Source: Candidatus Scalindua sp. (GTDB lineage Bacteria; Planctomycetota; Brocadiia; Brocadiales; Scalinduaceae). Taken from it: a stretch of DNA of 32,000 bases. Positions 17,122 to 24,760 of the stretch are shown piece by piece. The notes under the pieces are model-generated. The model was not told the origin of the DNA. It did not search any database and saw only the letters and a list, made by a program, of their open reading frames with translations. The position numbers and the translations under genes are program-made. The stretch spans positions 1,980,001-2,012,000 of the forward strand of contig JALDRA010000001.1 in NCBI GenBank assembly GCA_031316235.1, given 5' to 3'. Every line of letters begins with the position of its first letter. Within the stretch, counting starts at the first letter, position 1.

Positions 17122-17312
17122 GCTGTTATTCCAACTCCTCTGTTGTCAAAAGCTCAATGAATCTTAAAAAATCATGTACGTGGACAGCTTACCTGTAACA
17201 GGTGTGCCACACAATCCCCCGGGTAAAGGTGAAAGGATAAAATATTCCAGGAAATATGTCAAGCAATCAATTAAAGACCGGAAAAGCAGGAAAGATTTTT
17301 CTCAATATTTGT

Positions 17313-17340
17313 TTGTTTTTCGACTGACAGAGTTTATAAT
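17313..17340 (+). promoter_or_regulatory. Candidate promoter for the ferritin-like gene
   Basis: TTGTTT (17313-17318), a 16-nt spacer, then consensus TATAAT (17335-17340). Pattern match only. Confidence 0.3.
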
Positions 17341-17511
17341 TGGGTTTATCGGGGCTGCATCTGTCAGCCGCGAACTCTTTAGACCATGGAAATATAAGTT
17401 GAGACCTTTTTCTTCACCTCGGTTTATTCATGGTACAGGTGAGGAACGGGTATGTTGAAAACCTGTGGAGTGTAAATAAAAACAAGAAAACTTAAAAAAG
17501 AGAGCTGAGAA

Positions 17512-18000
17512 ATGGATATCTATACGTATGCAATGCAAATGGAGAAAGATGGGAGAGAGTACTACCTCGATATGGCCCAGAAAACAAGCAATCAGGGAGT
17601 TAAGAGTATCCTGAAAATGATGGCAGACGCTGAAGCTAAACATTATAATGTGTTACTGGCTATGCAACGAAATGAAAAAACGGAATTTGAGACGGATACC
17701 AGGATTTTCAATGAAGCAAAAAATGTTTTCACAAAAATGAAAGAAGAGGGAAAAGGGATCGATATTGAAGCCTCCCAGGTAGAGCTTTATAAGCAGGCTC
17801 TTGAAATAGAGAAAGAGAGCCACAAGTTTTATCTGGAAAAAGCTGAAGAGGAGAAAGATCAGCAGAAAAAAGAGCTGATCTTGAAAATCGCGTCTGAAGA
17901 GAAGGATCACTGTATTCTCCTCAGTAATATTATCGACTTTGTATCAAGACCCGATAGTTGGCTTGAGGACGCAGAGTGGCACCACTCCGATGAGTATTGA
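17512..18000 (+). CDS. Ferritin-like diiron protein (rubrerythrin-family four-helix bundle, no rubredoxin domain)
   Basis: Paired E…ExxH ligand motifs: EKDGREYY / DAEAKH and EKESHKFY / EEKDH. Confidence 0.75.
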   Translation: MDIYTYAMQMEKDGREYYLDMAQKTSNQGVKSILKMMADAEAKHYNVLLAMQRNEKTEFETDTRIFNEAKNVFTKMKEEGKGIDIEASQVELYKQALEIEKESHKFYLEKAEEEKDQQKKELILKIASEEKDHCILLSNIIDFVSRPDSWLEDAEWHHSDEY

Positions 18001-18279
18001 GCGGAAGACACATGATCTTGATCCGCCTGACGGAGTCCCTGAGGATGAGGCAAAGCTGCCCGGATACCAGCCGGCTCGCTTTGTAACCAGAAACTGTTAA
18101 CGTATGAGTGTATTACTCAATTACTGACGTAATGTACCGGGGGGGATAGTATCCGTTCAACCCCTCATTCTCTGAGAGACATTATATGTGATATGTGCTG
18201 CCGGATGAATCAAACGTACGCCCTGAAAATTACGCAGATATAAGAGTGTGAACGGCAAGACTCAGGAGAAAATCTTTTA

Positions 18280-19167
18280 TCAATCCGTATCCGTCTGCCC
18301 AAGGACAGTGCTCAGGAAATAGTTAACCTGGCTTACTTCCGAGCTGTTTAACAGAGTAGGGTCAAGGGACTGCATCTTTTCTACCGTCTCTATCCACTCA
18401 CCACCTGTTTTCCTCGATTTAAAGATTCTTTCAATGGAGTGGCATGTGTCGCATTTACTCAAAATAATCTTCAAACCTGTTTTGATATCCATCTTGGAAT
18501 CATCGATTCCAAGGGTTTTTACCAAATATCCGATTGCCTGCAGTTCCTCCCATTCATTCATGTTTTCTGGATCTTTCGCTCGCATAAGCGACACATAATA
18601 CCGCCAGTCTGCTTCTGTCTTATTATGGGAATAAACCCTTTCAAGGGAATGGCAACCTACACACTTTTCGTGGACAACTTTTCTGCCGATGTTCAGGTTA
18701 ATCTTCACAAGCTTTCCCTTATGTGAAAGGGTAATGTACTTGTTGCCCGCTAAAGAAATCATATAATAGCCCGCACTCATGGTAACGGTCATAAAAATCG
18801 TAATCAATATGATCATGCCGTAAATTGCCAGGCTTTGACGATAGCGATTAAAGATATGAACAATACAGATTTTGACAGCAAGGAATGGGAAAATGGAGAT
18901 TCCAATATAGGCATGAATTACGTCTTTGCTTGAGAGGAGCGTAAAATCCGTGGACAATCTCTGAAACATAATGGTACAGATAAAGAGGTAAAGGGCAGCA
19001 AAGAGGTATCCGGTAATGCGATGCGCCCATGTAAAGAATTTGTGGTGGTTTAGCTGATTTTTTCGGCCACGCAGGATGGTTATGAATGTAGCGGCAATGA
19101 TACCAAGGAAAAGTAAGAGTAATGACAGTACTGAAGTTGTAATTGCACTCATAATACCAGATACCAA
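18280..19167 (-). CDS. Membrane-anchored diheme c-type cytochrome (4-TM N-terminal domain plus two repeated monoheme modules)
   Basis: Four hydrophobic helices in residues ~1-145, carrying conserved His (WAHRITGY, IHAYIG…IVHIF). Two homologous modules follow: KCVGCHSLERVYSHNKTEADWRYYVSLM… and KCDTCHSIERIFKSRKTGGEWIETVEKM…. Confidence 0.65.
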   Translation of the reverse strand: MVSGIMSAITTSVLSLLLLFLGIIAATFITILRGRKNQLNHHKFFTWAHRITGYLFAALYLFICTIMFQRLSTDFTLLSSKDVIHAYIGISIFPFLAVKICIVHIFNRYRQSLAIYGMIILITIFMTVTMSAGYYMISLAGNKYITLSHKGKLVKINLNIGRKVVHEKCVGCHSLERVYSHNKTEADWRYYVSLMRAKDPENMNEWEELQAIGYLVKTLGIDDSKMDIKTGLKIILSKCDTCHSIERIFKSRKTGGEWIETVEKMQSLDPTLLNSSEVSQVNYFLSTVLGQTDTD

Positions 19168-19489
19168 AATGATCAGCGGGAAAAAATCTGCTCAGGAACA
19201 ATTGTAATCATTAAAACAAAATGGCTGAGAAATAGCAATGATATCTCATAAATAATGATCACCCAAAGGGTACAGAGAGTAAAAAAATTCTAAAGAGTTG
19301 GAATAACTATTCTAATTATGATAGATTTAACTTCTGTTTTACCGTATTATTTCTGTCCGAATAGCATAAATCTTTTTTATTGAATCATTTATGCATTATA
19401 GTAAAATTGATATTCAAGTGGTATGAATATTGCTGAACTTATCCAAGGGCTGAGACAGCTATTAATTTTTTTGAGAAAGGAAACAGATA

Positions 19490-20089
19490 ATGAGTATATT
19501 AGTCACCAAAGAAGCACCTGATTTTACGGCGCCTGCCGTCTTGCCGGACGGCACTATTAAGGAAGATTTCAAACTCTCTGATTTGAAGGGCAACTATGTA
19601 GTACTTTTCTTCTATCCGCTGAACTTCACCTTTGTGTGTCCCACGGAAATAATTGCCCATGATCACCGGGTAGACGAATTCAAGAAGCGCGGTGTAGAGG
19701 TTGTTGCAGTCTCAATCGATTCACATTTCAGCCATTTTGCCTGGCGGGAAACACCTCCTGAGAAAGGCGGTGTAGGCCCTGTCAGATTCCCGATGGTTGC
19801 AGACATCCAGCATACGATTACCAAGGCTTATGGAATCGAACACCCCATTGGTGTCGCCCTGCGGGCATCATTCCTCATTGATAAAGAGGGGATTGTCCAG
19901 CATCAGGTAGTAAACAACCTCCCTCTCGGAAGGAATGTTGATGAGATGCTTCGGATAGTCGATGCACTACAGTTTACTGAAAAGCATGGAGAAGTCTGCC
20001 CGGCAGGCTGGAAGAAGGGTGATGAGGGTATGAAGCCTACAGCGGAAGGAGTATCCAGCTATCTATCCTCTCATTCAAAAAAGCTGTAA
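19490..20089 (+). CDS. ahpC: Typical 2-Cys peroxiredoxin (AhpC/Prx1 subfamily)
   Basis: Peroxidatic Cys in FTFVCPTEI and resolving Cys in GEVCPAGW. 199 aa. Confidence 0.9.
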   Translation: MSILVTKEAPDFTAPAVLPDGTIKEDFKLSDLKGNYVVLFFYPLNFTFVCPTEIIAHDHRVDEFKKRGVEVVAVSIDSHFSHFAWRETPPEKGGVGPVRFPMVADIQHTITKAYGIEHPIGVALRASFLIDKEGIVQHQVVNNLPLGRNVDEMLRIVDALQFTEKHGEVCPAGWKKGDEGMKPTAEGVSSYLSSHSKKL

Positions 20090-20137
20090 CAGGTAAATTT
20101 GGTAGAAGCAGTTTCTGACTTTTGAGGTATTTTTCTC

Positions 20138-20611
20138 ATGTTCTTAACCTGGATTACGTTTATACATCTTATGTCGCTTGTTGTCTGGATCGGGAGTATG
20201 ATATTTTTTTCCTTTTTCGGAGCGCCCAGTATTTTCAAAATCCTGGGAAGAGAGTTGGCTGGAGACGTAATTGGGGATATTTTTCCGAAATACTGGCTGA
20301 TTGGATATGTGTGCAGCACTACAGCACTTGGAAGCCTGATTTACCTGTGGAGATACGGGAAATCAGGCATTACGGCAAGGATAATTATCCTTGCCGTAAT
20401 GATGGCTTCTACTTTTTATACCGGCGTGTCTATTGGGTCGAATGCAGGAGAGATTAAGGCACAGATGCGCACAGCAGAAGAGGGAGAAAAGAAGGAGGAA
20501 CTGAGACACCGTTTTTCAAAGATACATCGACGCTCAATGGTAATGAATGCAATAATTCTCATTCTCGGTATTGTTACCGTTTTCATGACAGCGTATCATG
20601 TGAGAATTTAA
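20138..20611 (+). CDS. DUF4149-like four-helix membrane protein
   Basis: 157 aa with four hydrophobic helices. The N-terminus FIHLMSLVVWIGSMIFFSFFGAPSIFKIL resembles the DUF4149/TMEM205 family as I recall it. Confidence 0.45.
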   Translation: MFLTWITFIHLMSLVVWIGSMIFFSFFGAPSIFKILGRELAGDVIGDIFPKYWLIGYVCSTTALGSLIYLWRYGKSGITARIIILAVMMASTFYTGVSIGSNAGEIKAQMRTAEEGEKKEELRHRFSKIHRRSMVMNAIILILGIVTVFMTAYHVRI

Positions 20612-20621
20612 GGCAACCTGT

Positions 20622-20657
20622 TATACTAAAACCGAAAACCAAATCGGTTTTAGTATA
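20622..20657 (+). repeat. Solo terminal hairpin of the dispersed repeat family (copy F); likely also acts as a terminator
   Basis: Perfect 14-bp stem: TATACTAAAACCGA at 20622-20635 pairs with TCGGTTTTAGTATA at 20644-20657, with loop AAACCAAA. The 29-nt string AAAACCGAAAACCAAATCGGTTTTAGTAT also ends copies A and B. It starts 11 nt after the DUF4149 stop. Confidence 0.8.
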
Positions 20658-20699
20658 TCTTTCCTGCAGATCTTTTTTCATACAATCAATAGGAGAATT

Positions 20700-21245
20700 A
20701 TGAATACCAAAAAAGAACCCTCCAAAAAATCACAAGCAGAGAAGGCGCCATGCCCTGATGGTACAGAGAAGACACTTTTGACTACCATTGAAACATCAAT
20801 GGCGGAAGAATTGAAGGCAAGCGCTTTTTATAAGGAGGTATCGAAGCAACTCAAAGATAAGGCGGCAAGATTTAAGTTTGAAGTGATGTCTGATGCTGAA
20901 CAGAACCATTATGAGCTCTTGAAAGAGTGGTGTGAGGAAAAATATGGGCTGATACCAAAAACAAAAAAGATCAAAGAAGCAAAGATAGTTATCATAGAGA
21001 AACCAAAAAAAAAAGCCACGTATGAGGATATCATCAAGATAATAATCGCATCCGAGGAAAGGGCATGCAGATTTTATGAAAATGCTGCAAAGAAAACAGA
21101 AAATAGTGAAGCAAAAAAGCTGTTTGAAAAGCTGGCAGAAATAGAGGGTAAGCACGTTGATCAATTTAAAGATGAATTTCGGGTAATAACTGAACCTTCC
21201 CTCTGGTGTGGAGAAGAAGAGATACCATGGATGCTTGAAGTTTAG
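20700..21245 (+). CDS. Ferritin-like diiron protein (rubrerythrin family), second copy
   Basis: Ligand-type motifs EELKASAFY / DAEQNH and EERACRFY / EIEGKH. It has a Lys-rich central linker. AGGAG SD 5 nt upstream. Confidence 0.7.
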   Translation: MNTKKEPSKKSQAEKAPCPDGTEKTLLTTIETSMAEELKASAFYKEVSKQLKDKAARFKFEVMSDAEQNHYELLKEWCEEKYGLIPKTKKIKEAKIVIIEKPKKKATYEDIIKIIIASEERACRFYENAAKKTENSEAKKLFEKLAEIEGKHVDQFKDEFRVITEPSLWCGEEEIPWMLEV

Positions 21246-21247
21246 GA

Positions 21248-21745
21248 TTACAGATATTTTTCAGATGCGGCAATTACAATTCTGGCACATGCCACCGCGT
21301 CTGACAAGGCTTCATGATGGTTTAAGGGAATGCGTAGATAGCGGCAAACATCCGGCAATTTTGTTGGATATATCCCCCATTTTTTCCGTGCCAGTTTAAC
21401 GGTACATTGAAACGGAATTGATGGTGGTGTGATATCCGATTTTTCGCAACAGGCATGTAAAACGGAACGGTCAAAAGAAGAATTGTGCGCAGCAAGAAAA
21501 TCTATTCCGGTTAAAATATCTTTTAATGATGGCCACAAATCCTGAAAATCCGGTTTGGATACTACCATGTCCCAGGTGATACCATGTATGGGAGTAAATT
21601 CGAAATATTGTCTTGGAGGTTTGATAAGCCGATGCTCTTTATGAACAATCTTCCCTGATTCAACCCGAACCATGGCAACAGCGCAGGCGCTGTCTCTAAG
21701 GCGATCGGCGGTTTCAAAGTCTATGGCAACAAAAATACCACTCAT
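21248..21745 (-). CDS. DEDDh 3'-5' exonuclease (DnaQ / Pol III epsilon-like)
   Basis: Exo I VAIDFETAD, Exo II LAAHNSSFDRSVL, Exo III HHEALSDAVACARI. 165 aa, single domain. Confidence 0.85.
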   Translation of the reverse strand: MSGIFVAIDFETADRLRDSACAVAMVRVESGKIVHKEHRLIKPPRQYFEFTPIHGITWDMVVSKPDFQDLWPSLKDILTGIDFLAAHNSSFDRSVLHACCEKSDITPPSIPFQCTVKLARKKWGIYPTKLPDVCRYLRIPLNHHEALSDAVACARIVIAASEKYL

Positions 21746-22332
21746 ATCTTTTTTATGCCAGCCTCAAAAAAAGGGTTTGTATATTTCTCCACACCCACTG
21801 TGGTAAAGGGACCGTGTGCAGGAAAGACCAGGGTCTCATCCGGCAGGGTAAAGAGCTGCTTACGGATATGTTCAACCTGTCTCTTTGCCTCTTTTTGTGT
21901 GCTTGTTCCTCCAACCGAACCGCAAAAGAGGGCATCACCCGTGAAGAGGTAACCGTGTCCAAAATAGGTGATTCCGTGGGGTGTATGGCCCGGCATAGAC
22001 AGGGCCTGAAATCTTAAATGCCCGACCTCAATTACCTCGCCGCCCCGTAAAAGGTGATTTGCGTCACGGATTTCCCCCTCGCCGGCATAGCACTCTACGT
22101 GGTAATGCAGATCGAATTCTGGCACCCCCTCCGTATGGTCCCAATGGCCATGGGTAAAAAAGAGATATTTCAGCTGGATCTCTCTTTCCTGAACAAAGTC
22201 CTCTATCTCTCTGCTAAAACCTCCCGGGTCAATAAAGCCCCCAATCCTGGTTTCGGGGTCTGCCACCAGATAACCGTTTATGGGATACCTCCCCACAGTA
22301 AAACGCCTGAATATCAGATCAGGTATCATCAT
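21742..22332 (-). CDS. Metallo-beta-lactamase-fold hydrolase (glyoxalase II-like)
   Basis: HxHxDH motif in FFTHGHWDHTEG, with later His/Asp ligands (MPGHTPHG, FTGDALF, PAHGP). Its stop overlaps the exonuclease start by 4 nt (ATGA). Confidence 0.85.
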   Translation of the reverse strand: MMIPDLIFRRFTVGRYPINGYLVADPETRIGGFIDPGGFSREIEDFVQEREIQLKYLFFTHGHWDHTEGVPEFDLHYHVECYAGEGEIRDANHLLRGGEVIEVGHLRFQALSMPGHTPHGITYFGHGYLFTGDALFCGSVGGTSTQKEAKRQVEHIRKQLFTLPDETLVFPAHGPFTTVGVEKYTNPFFEAGIKKI

Positions 22333-22476
22333 ATAATGGTTCAGAAAGAAAAAAACTCAGCGGTCCCTGCCCGTACTGAATGGTATGTTCGTGATGGCAG
22401 GTAAACAGACAAAAAATTCCAAACGGGTTTGATAATTCGAACATTGCAAATTCAAATATGCAATTTAGTAACTTCT

Positions 22477-22569
22477 CCTGATTAATGGTATCCCCGGACA
22501 AAAGCCGAGGACTTTACTCGCTCAATTTTATCTCGAATTTTATCCGAAATCCAGTGTGAGCTGAATATA
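22477..22569 (-). repeat. Dispersed MITE-like repeat, copy D (truncated, lacks the terminal hairpin end)
   Basis: The reverse complement aligns with copy A from TATATTCAG…GGATTTCGGATAAAATTCGAGATAAAATTGAGCGAGTAAAGTCCTCGG…TCCGGGGATACC. There is a 3-nt indel relative to A. Confidence 0.75.
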
Positions 22570-22632
22570 GAGTAAATATATTTTACATAATTTAAGTATT
22601 GATAGGAAGCTAATAAAGTATAGAATAAGATA

Positions 22633-22745
22633 TATACTGGAATCGATCTGGTTTTAGATTTTTCTAAAAACCAAAGACTGGTTGCTGGAAGACCCGCTCC
22701 GTTTTTTCTCGGATTTTGTCCGAAAACCAGTATAAGATGAGTATA
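22633..22745 (-). repeat. Dispersed MITE-like repeat, copy E (short form)
   Basis: The reverse complement reads TATACTCATCTTATACTGGTTTTCGGACAAAATCCGAGAAAAAACGGAGCGGG…CCAGTATA. It is colinear with copy B and lacks the same 27-nt internal segment. Confidence 0.75.
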
Positions 22746-22749
22746 AAGA

Positions 22750-23255
22750 TACGGGAGATACCTCGGTAGAAGATCCGGACACCATGTTTATAATCTGCCA
22801 GCTGAAGAGGAGAAAAGCTGGGCCAGGGTAAATGAGTGTCTTGAGAGTACACACTTCAAAAATGTTTTTGTAGTCGGGGATGCGGCACTCCTCCCTGAAC
22901 CTGCTGACAAACAGGCGTATCATGCCCTGGATATGGGGAAGCTGGCTGCTGAAAACATTGTACGACAGACCAGCGACCTGCACAGCGGGCCTTTAAACCT
23001 ACAGTAAAGCCTTTTCTGCTTACTTTTGGTGACATAGGCACCTTTATGATCTTTGGTGAAAAGGTGGTCAGTGGCCCTTCAATGAGTATTGCTAAAGAAC
23101 TGGTATATCAAATGATAATGAGCCAGCTTGAAGGAACAGGAAGTTTACATTCAGTAGAAAATGCACTCAAAAGAGTGCCTTCTTTCTCAAGAGTTCTTAT
23201 CAGAAACCACCTTATACGAAGAATGATGTCCTCACTGTCTAACAGTACACGTTAG
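22750..23255 (+). pseudogene. Type II NADH dehydrogenase (NDH-2) C-terminal fragment, 5'-truncated and frameshifted
   Basis: Three frames must be spliced to read it: GDTSVEDPDTMFII…, then …ARVNECLESTHFKNVFVVGDAALLPEPADKQAYHALDMGKLAAENIV… (second FAD/NAD GD motif region), then …FKPTVKPFLLTFGDIGTFMIFGEKVVSGPSMSIAKELVY…. There is no N-terminal Rossmann half, and the fragment starts directly after repeat E. Confidence 0.6.
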
Positions 23256-23460
23256 CCATAGTGTAAGCAGGATAAAACGACAGGGTGCAGAAGATCTACA
23301 TATCAGATTTTTTCCTTCGAACAGTTGAGGATAGAGATGAATGTCTAAATGGTTGTGACATAGCGAGCATGTCTGTTGTAATTCTCTTACGTGAAATTGC
23401 GCATCTTCAACAGCCCCGGGTGTCTGATTATTTTTTGCTATCTTGATACAGACTTTTGCG

Positions 23461-24408
23461 TCATTTCTTTGCTTCAGAAACTGCAATCTTAACTGCTTCC
23501 CTGAACGGTGTTCTTTTTATGGGAATATATCTTACAATACTGTCATCCAGGCACACAACCTCATTTTTCAATCCCTCTATCAGGGGGTGTGCTATTCCTG
23601 ATGGGATTGGGGTAACCAGGTCTACCCAGTAGGCTGCAAGGCGTGGTGATAAAACCGGTGCACGGAAAATAATCCTTCTGCGGATTCCTACAGCCTCTGT
23701 ATACTGCTGCATCATATCCCGGTACGTCAGAACCTCTGGTCCGCCAATATCGAATTTTTTCCCCGCTGTGTCCGGATTCAGCAGGCATCCTGTAAGGTAT
23801 GACAGGACATCATTTACCGCAATCGGTTGTATCCTTGTATCTATCCACTTCGGGCAAATCATGACTGGCAGCCGCTCCACAAGATATTTCAGCATTATGA
23901 AAGAGGCACCTCCTGCCCCTATGATTACCGCTGCTCGGAGTACTGTTGCAAGGGGTGCTCCAGACGAGAGTATTTCGGCAACCTCCTCTCTGCTTTTCAG
24001 ATGTTCTGAAAGGTCTTTTCCGGTTTCTCCCAGCCCGCCCAGGTAAATCACCCGCTTGATGCCGGCTTCATCTGCCGATGTGATAAAGTTTTTTGCGGCG
24101 TCTTTATCCATCCTGGCGAACTCATTATTTTTGAACATGCTCTTTCCGCCCATTGAATGAACGAGGTAATAGGCCGAATGGATCTCACGGGTCGCCTCTT
24201 TCAGGCCCTCTCCCTTGACAAGGTCGCCCTTGACAATCTCAATATCTTTATTTTCCAGAATGGAAGCCGCTACCTTTGAAGGATTTCTCACCAGCAGCCG
24301 GAGCCTGATGTTTTTCGCTGAAAGAGCAGATATAAGCCTGCTTCCGATAAATCCGGTGCCTCCAAGGATCAATACTCTGTCGCTGGGTTTAAGTGCTAAA
24401 TTGTCCAT
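23461..24408 (-). CDS. NAD(P)H-binding atypical SDR (NmrA / NDUFA9-like)
   Basis: N-terminal VLILGGTGFIGSRLISAL Rossmann motif. 315 aa with no classical YxxxK seen by eye. Confidence 0.7.
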   Translation of the reverse strand: MDNLALKPSDRVLILGGTGFIGSRLISALSAKNIRLRLLVRNPSKVAASILENKDIEIVKGDLVKGEGLKEATREIHSAYYLVHSMGGKSMFKNNEFARMDKDAAKNFITSADEAGIKRVIYLGGLGETGKDLSEHLKSREEVAEILSSGAPLATVLRAAVIIGAGGASFIMLKYLVERLPVMICPKWIDTRIQPIAVNDVLSYLTGCLLNPDTAGKKFDIGGPEVLTYRDMMQQYTEAVGIRRRIIFRAPVLSPRLAAYWVDLVTPIPSGIAHPLIEGLKNEVVCLDDSIVRYIPIKRTPFREAVKIAVSEAKK

Positions 24409-24608
24409 CGTTTCATTATATCAAAGAAATAAGCATTAAACATTTAATATTTTTTAAATCAGGTTTCACCATCTGAAATACGCGGTGCCCCTGATCGTTA
24501 ATGTTTATAAAAAGTATACAGGAAAAACTCTTCCTTAATTATCTTTCTTTGTGTAAACCCATACATGTTGATTTCATTGACATTTCTCACGGGAACTGTT
24601 AAGTTGCA

Positions 24609-24747
24609 TATACTCATTTCATACTTGATTTCGGATAAAATCCGAGAAAAAATTGAGCGAGTAAAGTCCTCGGTGCCTTTTATCCGGGGATACCTTTACC
24701 AGGATTTTGTTTCCGGTAAAACCGAAAACCAAATCGGTTTTAGTATA
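24609..24747 (+). repeat. Dispersed MITE-like repeat, copy A (full length, reference orientation)
   Basis: TATACTCATTTCATACTTGATTTCGGATAAAATCCGAGAAAAAATTGAGCGAGTAAAGTCCTCGGTGCCTTTTATCCGGGGATACCTTTACCAGGATTTTGTTTCCGGTAAAACCGAAAACCAAATCGGTTTTAGTATA. Two internal hairpins, and ends TATACT…AGTATA. Confidence 0.8.
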
Positions 24748-24760
24748 TAAGGAGGTACTA

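Noticed and set aside
17174-17458. 94-aa ORF between pntAA and the ferritin-like gene
   Set aside because: It has no SD and a basic low-complexity sequence, and it overlaps the candidate promoter region of the ferritin-like gene.
22654-23041. Minus-strand ORFs 22654-22983 and 22856-23041
   Set aside because: They are antisense to the NDH-2 relic and run into repeat E. They have no motifs, and the plus-strand frames carry the recognisable GD-motif region.
24565-24750. 61-aa ORF, together with the related stretch in ORF 22664-22852, suggesting that the repeat encodes a peptide (…SDKIREKIERV…)
   Set aside because: The start codons lie outside the repeat in unrelated flanks. Copy B has a stop immediately upstream and copy C is frameshifted. 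No SD is present and copies occur in both orientations in intergenic DNA. The in-frame indels are recorded as a curiosity in the repeat-family finding.
24707-24760. Track start (TTG 24707) for the 556-aa Sel1/ankyrin ORF
   Set aside because: The extra 18 codons lie inside repeat copy A and simply translate its hairpin. A strong AAGGAGG precedes GTG 24761, which begins a canonical signal peptide.
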